Origin: Alphaproteobacteria bacterium
Lineage (GTDB): Bacteria; Pseudomonadota; Alphaproteobacteria; Bin95
Length of the DNA stretch: 64,000 nucleotides
Reading direction: 5' to 3'
NCBI GenBank assembly: GCA_964291285.2
Contig: OZ219787.1
Span: 736,001 to 800,000, forward strand
Shown: in pieces, positions 11,277-19,783 of the stretch
Layout of the letters: the number at the start of each line of letters is the position of its first letter
Position numbering within the stretch: position 1 is the first letter of the stretch
Position numbers and translations under genes: made by a program
Notes under the pieces: model-generated
The model's database searches: none
What the model was told of the DNA's origin: nothing
The model's input: the letters and a program-made list of their open reading frames with translations, nothing else

Positions 11277-11537
11277 ATGACGACAGCATTCGATACCCTC
11301 TCCGCCGCGCAGCACATGGAAGATGCCGGCATGGACCGCAAACATGCGGAAGCCGTCGCCGCCGCCATCCGCTCCGGGCAGGGAGAACTGGCAACCAAAG
11401 CCGACCTTTCCGTCCTCCGCAGCGACATCACCGGAGTCCGTAGCGACATCACCGGACTGCGCTGGATAATCGTCATACACTTCGCAATCAGCCTTGCCAC
11501 CCTCGCTGCCGTCCTCGCAATGGCGTTCCGCGCTTAG
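11277..11537 (+). CDS. DUF1640/CCDC90-like coiled-coil protein with C-terminal TM helix
   Basis: AFDTL...AG...AEA, ELATKADL, duplicated heptad RSDITG(V/L), hydrophobic C-terminus. Confidence 0.75.
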   Translation: MTTAFDTLSAAQHMEDAGMDRKHAEAVAAAIRSGQGELATKADLSVLRSDITGVRSDITGLRWIIVIHFAISLATLAAVLAMAFRA

Positions 11538-11657
11538 CTCGCCCCAGCCCGGACTTACCCCTTATCAAGGCCCCGCGCCGGCTCCCGCCGCGCGGGGCCT
11601 TCCCGTTGAGCCCCGATCCTTGGCCTCCATTCCCCACCCTCCAGCCAGGCCCGACCC

Positions 11658-12041
11658 ATGCACACCATTTCGATCGATTTACCCCCGCCTCCGGCCATCT
11701 CCTGCGAGCGCCTGATCGTCGCTGCCTCCGGCGTCATCGCCGCCCTCTCCAAAGCCGGCTACGAGTTCACCACCACCATCAATCGCGAACCCGATCCCGT
11801 GCCCGGACGCCCGGCCTATTTCGTCTTCATCGCGCTCCATGACAACGAGGCCAACGGCTTCACCCCACACACCCTCGTCGACATCAAGATCACGGCCGAC
11901 GCCGCCGATCCCGCGGTCACCGTCCACGACACGTTTCCCGGCCGGTACCCCGCCCATATCGCCAAACACGAGACCATCGAGCGCTTCAAGCGCCGCCTCG
12001 CCCGCCACAACTTCCTGTTCCCCATGCAGATCCGTCTCTGA
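11658..12041 (+). CDS. Hypothetical protein
   Basis: ORF with element-like codon usage between a hairpin and radC. Confidence 0.6.
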   Translation: MHTISIDLPPPPAISCERLIVAASGVIAALSKAGYEFTTTINREPDPVPGRPAYFVFIALHDNEANGFTPHTLVDIKITADAADPAVTVHDTFPGRYPAHIAKHETIERFKRRLARHNFLFPMQIRL

Positions 12042-12131
12042 GCACCGCCGCCTGAAGCCGAGGAAAGCCGTTTCCAACCGGACCGGCCGCTCCGGTCCGT
12101 CATCGATCACCGATGCCACGGGACCCTGCCC

Positions 12132-12887
12132 ATGCCCCCTCTCGACGACTGCACCGCGCCGCGCAAGCCGGTCCTGCCCCTCTTCGCTTCCTCTCCGGAG
12201 ACCGACGCCGACGCGACACCGTCCGCCAGGCTCATATCTCCCGCGCTCAGGCTCATCGGCGAGCAGCGCGACATCCTGGACGAACGCGAACTCGTCACCC
12301 TCCTCCTTTCGGGCTCCCGGCCGATCGAGGAGGCCGAAGCGCTGGCCGACACCCTTCTGGCCGTCTTCCGCGACCCGTCCCGCATCCTTGCCGCTACACC
12401 CGGACGGCTCCGCTCCGTCCCCGGCATCGACAATGACGCCATCGTCGCCATCAAGGTCGCCGAATGCCTCGCCATCCGGCACTCGGCCGCGCGGCTTCCC
12501 GATACCGTCAACCCGATGCTCAACGACTACAAGGCCGTAATCGAGCACTGCCGGTCGCTCATCGCGCACAAGCCGCACGAGGAACTGCACGTCCTCTATC
12601 TCGACATCCGCAACCGGTCGATCGCCTTCGAGCTTCACCGCACGGGCACCGTGAACAATGTCCGTGCCCATCCCCGCGACATCGTCATGCGCTCCCTGCA
12701 ACTCAACGCCACCGCACTCGTGCTCGTCCACAACCACCCGAGCCAGGTCGCGGAGCCGTCCCGCGACGACGTCGCCCTCACCAACGAAATCAAGACCGGC
12801 GCCGCCTGTCTCGGCATCAAGCTCCTGGACCACATCATCATCACGGAATCCGGCCATCTCAGCTTCGCCGCAGCCGGCCTTATCTGA
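12132..12887 (+). CDS. radC: RadC/JAB-domain protein
   Basis: E..HVLYLD, GTVN...HPRD, LVHNHPS...PS.DD...T, LLDHII. Confidence 0.92.
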   Translation: MPPLDDCTAPRKPVLPLFASSPETDADATPSARLISPALRLIGEQRDILDERELVTLLLSGSRPIEEAEALADTLLAVFRDPSRILAATPGRLRSVPGIDNDAIVAIKVAECLAIRHSAARLPDTVNPMLNDYKAVIEHCRSLIAHKPHEELHVLYLDIRNRSIAFELHRTGTVNNVRAHPRDIVMRSLQLNATALVLVHNHPSQVAEPSRDDVALTNEIKTGAACLGIKLLDHIIITESGHLSFAAAGLI

Positions 12888-13074
12888 CCAGACACAGCAA
12901 CCGCCTACCGCTCTTTCCCGCACAGGAACCCGACCATGCCCGAACCCGGCAGCGCCACCGCATTCGGTCCCGTCATCTCCGCATATGTTGCGGCCAAGGA
13001 TATGTTGCGGAGCGGTCGCATCGAACCGCCCACGCTCAGAACCTTCAATCTGACCGCAACATAATCTTTTGCAG

Positions 13075-14070
13075 TCAGAGCGAGTCAAGGAAGGCCATCA
13101 GCCCCTTGTCCTCCTTCCAGGGACGATCCGGCGCTTCTCCCGCGGCATCGCACAGCGCCATCGCCTTGGCCTTCATTTCGAGATCGATCTGGGCGTAGAC
13201 GTTGGTCGTGTCGAGGTTCTCATGACCCAGCCATGCGCGGATCGTGTTCAGGTCGACCTTGGCCTTGAGCATTTGGCAGGCGCTCGTGTGCCGAATCAGG
13301 TGGGGCGTCACTTTCCTCCCTTCCAGCTCCGGCACTCGGGCGGCACAGCGTTCCACGAGCCGGTAGACCCCGAACCGGGTGTACGGTCTCCGCTGCCGGC
13401 TGAAGAAGACGGCATCGCCGTCGGCCCGACCATGCAGCAGTCCGGCAAGCGCACGCTCGGTCCGGGGCCAGAGCGGACACTGGCGGCGCTTTCCGCCCTT
13501 GCCGTGGATCGTCACGAGCGCGTGGCCGCCGTCGCGCCGCCCGATCTGGAGGTCTCCCTTCACGAGGCCGGTCGCTTCGGAGACGCGCGCCGCGGAGTTG
13601 AAGAGGAACAGCAGCAGGGCGTGTTCCGTCCGGCCGCGTTGGGTGCCGCGGTCTGGGACCTTGATGAGCGCCTCCATCTCCGCCTTGCTGAGCCAGCCGA
13701 CCGGCTGCGGCGTCGCCTTCTTCAAGGCGACCGAGCGGACGCCCGCGCTCCACTCCAGGCTGGCCGGGTCGCGGCTGGCGACGAAGCGGGCGAAGGCCCG
13801 GACCGCGGTCAGTCGCTGGTTGCGGGTCTGCACGGAGCAGCCGCGGCCTTCCTCTAGATGGACAAGGAAGTCAAGCACGCGCCGGGGCGTGAGATCTTCC
13901 AACGCAAGTCGCTCGGCCGGCTTGCGGGCCTTTGCGCCCACGAACGGGACCAGGAGCTTGAAGGTGTCGCGGTAGCTGAGCTGGGTGTTGCGCGCGAGGT
14001 TGCGTTCGGTGACGACATGTTCGACCAGGAACCGGCGCAGCCAAGGGCTGAGCGTGCGGGGATCACTCAT
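13075..14070 (-). CDS. RIT tyrosine recombinase C
   Basis: ARVSE, HGKGGK.R, PHLIRHT, WLGH..LDTTNVY. Confidence 0.92.
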   Translation of the reverse strand: MSDPRTLSPWLRRFLVEHVVTERNLARNTQLSYRDTFKLLVPFVGAKARKPAERLALEDLTPRRVLDFLVHLEEGRGCSVQTRNQRLTAVRAFARFVASRDPASLEWSAGVRSVALKKATPQPVGWLSKAEMEALIKVPDRGTQRGRTEHALLLFLFNSAARVSEATGLVKGDLQIGRRDGGHALVTIHGKGGKRRQCPLWPRTERALAGLLHGRADGDAVFFSRQRRPYTRFGVYRLVERCAARVPELEGRKVTPHLIRHTSACQMLKAKVDLNTIRAWLGHENLDTTNVYAQIDLEMKAKAMALCDAAGEAPDRPWKEDKGLMAFLDSL

Positions 14071-15016
14071 GGCCGCCTCCGTTGACATGGCGGTCAAAGC
14101 GAACCGAGGCCTCCTGTAGCAGTTCTGGCGTCATCGAGAGGTAGACCCGGGTGCCGTCGAGACTGTCGTGACCGAGCCAAGTGGAGAGCGCCGGCAGTAA
14201 TCGCTGCACGTCGGCTCCCTGCCGGTACCACGATTCCAGCCGATGCACCGCCGCCGCATGGCGCAGCGAATGAAGGCACGGCGCGCGGCGTCCGTCGTTC
14301 CCGTCACGCCGGATCCCGGCTGCCTTGAGCAACCTACTGAACACGTCCCGGGCGGTATCCCCGACCAGGGGGGTGCCGTCGAGGTTGGCAAGCACCGTCG
14401 AGGCGCTGCGCTGCGGCAATGGGCGCTCGACGCGCTTGGCGACATGGGCCCGCAGGGCATCCGCGAGTTGCGGGCAGACAGGAACGAGGCGGGTCTTGAA
14501 GAACTTTGTGTTCCGTATGGTCAGGACCGCCTCGGCCAGGTCGGCGTCGTCGAGCGTCAGGCGCTGCGCCTCGCCAAACCGAAGGCCTGCGCCGTAGAGA
14601 AGCAGGAGCAGCGCCCGCAGGGTGTCCGCGTTGAGCTGGACCGAGCGCTGGCAACAGGCGTCGATGGCGCCGAACAGGCGCCGAAGCTCTTCGCGGGAGA
14701 AGACGTACGGCGGTGCCGGGAGTGGAGTTCTTGGTTCGTCCTCCGGCGCCGGAACCGGAGACCGGGCGACGAGACCTCGGCTGATCGCGTAGCGGTAGAA
14801 TCCGCAAAGCGCGCCGTGCTTGCCGGCCCGGTACCGGGTGAGCCGTCCGTTGCCGGCGAGGAAGCCGAGAACGTCCGCGTCGGTGACGGACTCGCACTCG
14901 ACGCCTTCCCCGACATGTCGGGCGAAGAGATGCAGCATCCGCGCACCACCGTCGAACTTCGCGCCGTGGTCCTGGCGCCAGGCGACGTAGGAATTGATCA
15001 CGTCCCGGAGCATCAT
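14063..15016 (-). CDS. RIT tyrosine recombinase B
   Basis: GLRFGEA, TKFFKTRLVP, HSLRH, LSTWLGH...T..YL; ATGA overlap with recombinase A. Confidence 0.9.
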   Translation of the reverse strand: MMLRDVINSYVAWRQDHGAKFDGGARMLHLFARHVGEGVECESVTDADVLGFLAGNGRLTRYRAGKHGALCGFYRYAISRGLVARSPVPAPEDEPRTPLPAPPYVFSREELRRLFGAIDACCQRSVQLNADTLRALLLLLYGAGLRFGEAQRLTLDDADLAEAVLTIRNTKFFKTRLVPVCPQLADALRAHVAKRVERPLPQRSASTVLANLDGTPLVGDTARDVFSRLLKAAGIRRDGNDGRRAPCLHSLRHAAAVHRLESWYRQGADVQRLLPALSTWLGHDSLDGTRVYLSMTPELLQEASVRFDRHVNGGGHE

Positions 15017-16266
15017 GTCAGGCCCTCCAGGTCGATGCTGGCGACCTCGCGCAGCGTGCCAAGGCGCACCCTGGCGTATTCCGAGGTGGCCCTGATGCCG
15101 CGATGTCCGAGATAGTCGCCGACCTCCTTCATCGACAGGCCGTGGTCGAGCAGGTGCTGCGCCGTGCCGTGGCGCAGCGCGTGCGGGCCGCGACACTTGC
15201 CCGTTATGCCGATCCGGTCGAGACGGCTTCTGACGACATGTCCGATCGCGCGCGTGGTAATCGGACGGATCGGAGCGTTCAGGGTCAGGAACAGCGCTCT
15301 CTCCGGGTGTCGGGGACGGCCGTCGCGGACATAGCGCAGGATTGTCTGCCCGACGCCGCGTGAAAGCGGATAGAGATGCGTCCGGGCCGGCTTCGGGCAG
15401 CGCACCCGCAGGATCTCCTCCGTCCAGTCGAGATCGTCGAGCCGCAGGCCCGCGACCTCCCCGGAACGCAGGCCGTAGGCGACCAGTACCATCAGGATCG
15501 CGCGGTCGCGAACGTCGGCAGGGCAGTCGCTTTCGGAGGTCGCGAGAAGGCGCAGGACCTCGTCCCGATCCAGCCCCTTCGGAAGCGGCTTGCCCGGATG
15601 GAACCGCGGCGGCATGATCCCGTCCGCCAGTCCCGGCGTGCACCAGCCCCGGCTTTCAGCGAACCGGAAGAAGGTGCGGAGACGTTCCGCGTAGCAGCGG
15701 ATCGCGATCCGGCTGCAGTGGCGGGCATGCCAGCGTGCTACCTCCCGATCGATGTCGGCGATCTCGACCTCGGCCAGGGACACTCCGCGGTCGTCCAGGC
15801 GAACGAGGAAGCGGTCGACGACATACAGGCGGCAGAGAACCGTCTGTTCGGACAACCCGCGCTCGTCGCGCATCCAGGCCTCGAAGGCCGCGACTTCCCT
15901 AGCGTGAGCGTGCCGCGCCCTGGCCGGTTCGTCGATAAGGCCGGCGAGGCGTAGCCATCGCTTCGCGTGGCCGATGAAGCGCAGACGCGCCTTGGACGTA
16001 GCGGGCCGGCTGGATTGGCGGCCGCCGGGCAGCGACCATTGATCGGCCGCGGCTTCCACGCGTGTCACGCTGACGCGCTCGCCTTCGTGCAGGTCCAGAA
16101 GGCGAACCAAGCTGACCTGCTGCGCCGCGATCGTGCACAGCGTATCCCGACTGGCGCCTGCCTGGGCATAGTACTCAAGGTAGCCGAGCCGTTCATCCAG
16201 CAGCGGCGCTATGCGATAGCGCCCAGCGGTGCTTGGACGGGCGAAGAGAGTCTCGAACATTGTCAT
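15013..16266 (-). CDS. RIT tyrosine recombinase A
   Basis: YGLRSGEV, GPHALRH, YLGHR...T..YA; SD AAAAGGAG before ATG 16266. Confidence 0.9.
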   Translation of the reverse strand: MTMFETLFARPSTAGRYRIAPLLDERLGYLEYYAQAGASRDTLCTIAAQQVSLVRLLDLHEGERVSVTRVEAAADQWSLPGGRQSSRPATSKARLRFIGHAKRWLRLAGLIDEPARARHAHAREVAAFEAWMRDERGLSEQTVLCRLYVVDRFLVRLDDRGVSLAEVEIADIDREVARWHARHCSRIAIRCYAERLRTFFRFAESRGWCTPGLADGIMPPRFHPGKPLPKGLDRDEVLRLLATSESDCPADVRDRAILMVLVAYGLRSGEVAGLRLDDLDWTEEILRVRCPKPARTHLYPLSRGVGQTILRYVRDGRPRHPERALFLTLNAPIRPITTRAIGHVVRSRLDRIGITGKCRGPHALRHGTAQHLLDHGLSMKEVGDYLGHRGIRATSEYARVRLGTLREVASIDLEGLT

Positions 16267-16916
16267 GTCTCCTTTTGGTTGGAGACATGACCTTGGCAAA
16301 CGGTAGCGCGTCAGGAAATTATGTTGCGGTCAGATTGAAGGTTCTGAGCGTGGGCGGTTCGATGCGACCGCTCCGCAACATATCCTTAGCCGCAACATAT
16401 GCGAAGAGATGTTGCATGCAACATCTCTTCGCCTACACCCGCGCCCAGGCGATCGAGGATGGCCTCCTCGTCGACGTCTCCGACACCGCGCGCGAGGCGG
16501 GCTTCAACATCCCCGTCGCCGTTACGCGAGCCGTCTGGAACCGCCTGATCGCCCTTCCCGACGGCTACCAGGGCTTCCAAGACGAGCGCGGACGCCTCTG
16601 GGACGTCGTCTCGATGGCGCGCCATTACGCGCTCCGCGCCTCTGACCGCGACCGCGTGACCATGTGCGTGCTGGTGCGCGACATCCGCCAGGACCTGCAC
16701 GACAGCAACCGGCCGCCGCGCAAGCACTTCCCCGTCGTGGCGATCGGCGCCGGCGACGAAGGCCAGCCCGCGATCACCATCATTTTTCCCGAAGACGACT
16801 GAGCGCGCCCGCTCCTCCCCGCAGCCCGCCCCGCTGCTCCTCCACATCAACGTCACCCGCTCCGGTCGCCTCAACTCCGCCGGACCCTACCTGCCCCTTC
16901 CACCGGAGAGTCCCCC

Positions 16917-18419
16917 ATGCTCACCGTCGACAACTTCGCCTGCGGCGGAGGAACATCGCTCGGCATCGAGAAGGCGCTCGGCCGCCCGGTCGATTTCGCC
17001 GCCAACCACGATGCCGAAGCCATCGCCATGCACCGCATCAACCACCCCGCCACCGTCCACTATCTCCAGGACATCTGGGCCGTCGATCCCGCCGCCATCG
17101 CCAGCCTGGCCCCGATACTGCTTGCCTGGTTCAGCCCCGACTGCACGCATTTCAGCACCGCCAAGGGCTCGGCCCCCATACGGCCCGAACACCAGCGCAG
17201 CCGCGACCTCGCATGGGTCGTCATCCACTGGGCCCGCCTCGCGCGCCCCCGCATCATCATGGTCGAGAACGTGCAAGAGTTCATGGGATGGGGCCCGCTC
17301 CTCCCCGACGGCCGTCCGAACAAGTCCCGCGCCGGCGAAACCTTCCGTTCCTGGCTCGCAGCCCTCTCAGACGCCGGCTACACCTTCGAGTGGCGCAAGC
17401 TCCGCGGCTGCGATTACGGCGCCCCCACCTTCCGCACCCGGTTCTTCCTCGTCGCGCGGCGCGACGGCCTTCCCATCATCTGGCCGGATCCCACCCACGG
17501 TCCCGGCCGCCGCCCCTTCCGCGTCGCTGCCGATTGCATGGACTGGGCCGTGCCCGTCCACTCCATCTTCCTCTCCCGCGAACAGGCCCGCAAAGCTCGC
17601 GTTCGACGGCCGCTCGCCCACAAGACCCTGGCCCGCATCGCCAGAGGCGTGAAACGCTACGTCCTCGACGCCGCCCACCCCTTCATCATCCCCGTCACCC
17701 ATGACGGCGACCACCGCACCCACGCCATCACCGAACCGCTGCGCACCGTCACCACCGCGAAGCGCGGCGAGTTCGCATTCGTGGCCGCGCACATGGCACA
17801 GCACAACACGGGAATGACCGGCCACTCCTGCGGAGAGCCTGTCAGCACCATCGTCTCCCGGGGCTCGAACCAGGCTCTCGTCACCTCGCTCCTCACCCGC
17901 GAGTTCGGCGCCAGCACCGGACAGCCCGTCGACAGGCCCATGCCCACGGTCATGCCCCGGGGCGGAGGCAAGACCACTCTCGTCTCCGCCTGCCTCACCA
18001 ACTTCCACCAGAGCAATACCAACGGGGGCTCCGGAGATCTCCGCGAGCCCGTCAACACCATCCTCGCCCAGGGCCAGCACAAGGCGCTGGTCGCCGCCTT
18101 CCTCGCCAAATATTGCGGAACCGACCCCGGCCTTCGCGATCCCGCTCCTGACGCAACCGCGAAGGCGCGCGCCGGCCTCGTCTCCATCGACGCCGTCGAC
18201 TACCAGCTCACCGATATCGGCATGCGCATGCTCACGCCCCGCGAGCTCTACAACGCCCAGGGATTCCCGGACACCTACCGCATCTCCTTCGAGTTCAACG
18301 GCAAGCCTCTCAGCAAGGAAGCCCAGATCCGGATGTGCGGAAACTCCGTCTGCCCCGATATCGCCAAAGCACTCGTCGCCGCCAACGTCCGGCCTCACCT
18401 CCACTCGCCCGCCGCCTGA
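16917..18419 (+). CDS. Orphan DNA (cytosine-5) methyltransferase
   Basis: DNFACGGG SAM motif, FSPDCTHFS catalytic motif, ENV, YGAPT.R.RFF, AQGFP, CGNSV. Confidence 0.92.
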   Translation: MLTVDNFACGGGTSLGIEKALGRPVDFAANHDAEAIAMHRINHPATVHYLQDIWAVDPAAIASLAPILLAWFSPDCTHFSTAKGSAPIRPEHQRSRDLAWVVIHWARLARPRIIMVENVQEFMGWGPLLPDGRPNKSRAGETFRSWLAALSDAGYTFEWRKLRGCDYGAPTFRTRFFLVARRDGLPIIWPDPTHGPGRRPFRVAADCMDWAVPVHSIFLSREQARKARVRRPLAHKTLARIARGVKRYVLDAAHPFIIPVTHDGDHRTHAITEPLRTVTTAKRGEFAFVAAHMAQHNTGMTGHSCGEPVSTIVSRGSNQALVTSLLTREFGASTGQPVDRPMPTVMPRGGGKTTLVSACLTNFHQSNTNGGSGDLREPVNTILAQGQHKALVAAFLAKYCGTDPGLRDPAPDATAKARAGLVSIDAVDYQLTDIGMRMLTPRELYNAQGFPDTYRISFEFNGKPLSKEAQIRMCGNSVCPDIAKALVAANVRPHLHSPAA

Positions 18420-18604
18420 CCCGGCCCGTTTTCTTCCGCCGAATCCGGCACCTATGTCTCATCCCGCTTGTGATATGCTTCGCGAGCGGGTCGGGACCAT
18501 CTTCGCTTCAATCCCGGAGGCGACGACATGAACACCAACCGCGGACTTGCTGCCGACCACCCATTCTCATCGATGGACGGCGCCGCACCTGCGAAGGGTT
18601 CCTG

Positions 18605-18865
18605 ATGGAAAATTCCGCTCTCATCACGGCCTGGGCAACAGTCGCGATCCCGCTCGTCACCGGCCTCGGCGCCGCGGCAACCTGCTTCCTCATCTGGCGC
18701 GGCCTTCTGGAGATGCGCCGCTCGTCTGACCAGCGTGCGGAAGACCGCAAGGCCGCGACCGAAGAGCTCAGGACCTGGCGAGATGCGGACCTTCGCCGCC
18801 ATGACGAGGCCATGACAGCACTCCGGGCGCTGATTGCCCGAAATGCGCCTGCGGAGAGCTCCTGA
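18605..18865 (+). CDS. Small membrane-anchored coiled-coil protein (copy 1)
   Basis: N-terminal TM helix; C-terminal RRHDEAMTALRALI. Confidence 0.7.
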   Translation: MENSALITAWATVAIPLVTGLGAAATCFLIWRGLLEMRRSSDQRAEDRKAATEELRTWRDADLRRHDEAMTALRALIARNAPAESS

Positions 18866-19149
18866 TCGACAATCCCGCACTCATCGCAGCATGGGCCACC
18901 GTCGCTATCGCGCTCGTCACCGGCCTCGGCGCCGCGGCGACCTGCTTCCTCATCTGGCGCGGCATTCTCGAGATGCGCCGCTCTTCGAACGAGCGGGCAG
19001 AGGACCGCCGCGAAGCCCGCGACGCCGACCTTCGCCGCCATGACGAGGCCATGGCCGAGGGTCTTCGCCGCCACGACGAGGCCATGACGGCGCTCCGGGC
19101 ACTGATTACCCGCACCGCACCCCCTGGCACCCTCGGCCAGGCCGACTAG
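18862..19149 (+). CDS. Tandem paralog (copy 2), non-canonical or lost start codon
   Basis: Open frame IDNPALIAAWATVAIALVTG...RRHDEAM x2; CCTGATC where copy 1 has CCTGATG. Confidence 0.55.
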   Translation: MIDNPALIAAWATVAIALVTGLGAAATCFLIWRGILEMRRSSNERAEDRREARDADLRRHDEAMAEGLRRHDEAMTALRALITRTAPPGTLGQAD

Positions 19150-19248
19150 ACACACCCATATCCTCCTCTTGGCCCGGCTGTGATATGCTCCACGCAACAC
19201 ATCGCAGCCCTGCCTCGCTTCACTGGCAACACAACCGCGCAGGTGCCC

Positions 19249-19473
19249 ATGACCGACACCCTCATCAACCGCGACCCTGAAATTCTCGCAGGCACGCCCG
19301 TCTTTGCCGGAACCCGGGTCCCCATCCGAACCCTCATGGACTATCTCGAAGCCGGCGATCCGCTTCACGAGTTTCTCTACGACTATCCGACAGTCTCCCG
19401 CGACCAGGCCGTCGCAGTGCTCCAACGCGCCAAGACCATCCTGACAAGCTCTCCCGATGAAGCTGCTGCTTGA
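19249..19473 (+). CDS. DUF433 antitoxin
   Basis: DPEILAGTPVFAGTRVP...L.DYL..G..L.EFL.DYPTV. Confidence 0.9.
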   Translation: MTDTLINRDPEILAGTPVFAGTRVPIRTLMDYLEAGDPLHEFLYDYPTVSRDQAVAVLQRAKTILTSSPDEAAA

Positions 19474-19783
19474 CGAATCCCTTCCCCGCCGCCTCCCCGT
19501 TTTCTTTCCACCCCAATTCGATGTCTTCACAACCCAGATCATGGGCTGGTCAGGCATATCCAACGGAGAACTCTTGCGTCGCGCTGCCGCTCACGCCTTC
19601 GACGCCCTCCTCACCGTAGATCGCGGAATTCAATATCAGCAAAACCTCAACACCATTCCGATAGCCGTCATCATCCTTTTTTCCGTGACCAACCGAATCG
19701 ACGATCTTCGACCCCTGATACCGTCTGCAATAGAACTTCTCCGTTCCAACCCCAGCCCCGGAATTCATAGCGTTTCCCTCTGA
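19457..19783 (+). CDS. DUF5615 PIN-like toxin
   Basis: MKLLLDESLP, GW.G..NGELL, LLTVD...YQQNL; overlaps DUF433 gene. Confidence 0.88.
   Translation: MKLLLDESLPRRLPVFFPPQFDVFTTQIMGWSGISNGELLRRAAAHAFDALLTVDRGIQYQQNLNTIPIAVIILFSVTNRIDDLRPLIPSAIELLRSNPSPGIHSVSL

Larger units (their letters stand above)
12981..16402 (-). mobile_element. RIT (recombinase-in-trio) element
   Basis: Three overlapping tyrosine recombinase genes bounded by an 85-bp IR (12981-13065 / 16318-16402, one mismatch) with repeated TATGTTGCGG motifs. Confidence 0.92.
12936..16802 (+). pseudogene. DUF6573-like protein interrupted by the RIT element (C-part 16416-16802 may still be translated)
   Basis: Left flank MPEPGSATAFGPVISA; right flank AYTRAQAIEDGLLVDVS...QDERGRLWDV...GDEGQPAITIIFPED. 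Confidence 0.75.
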
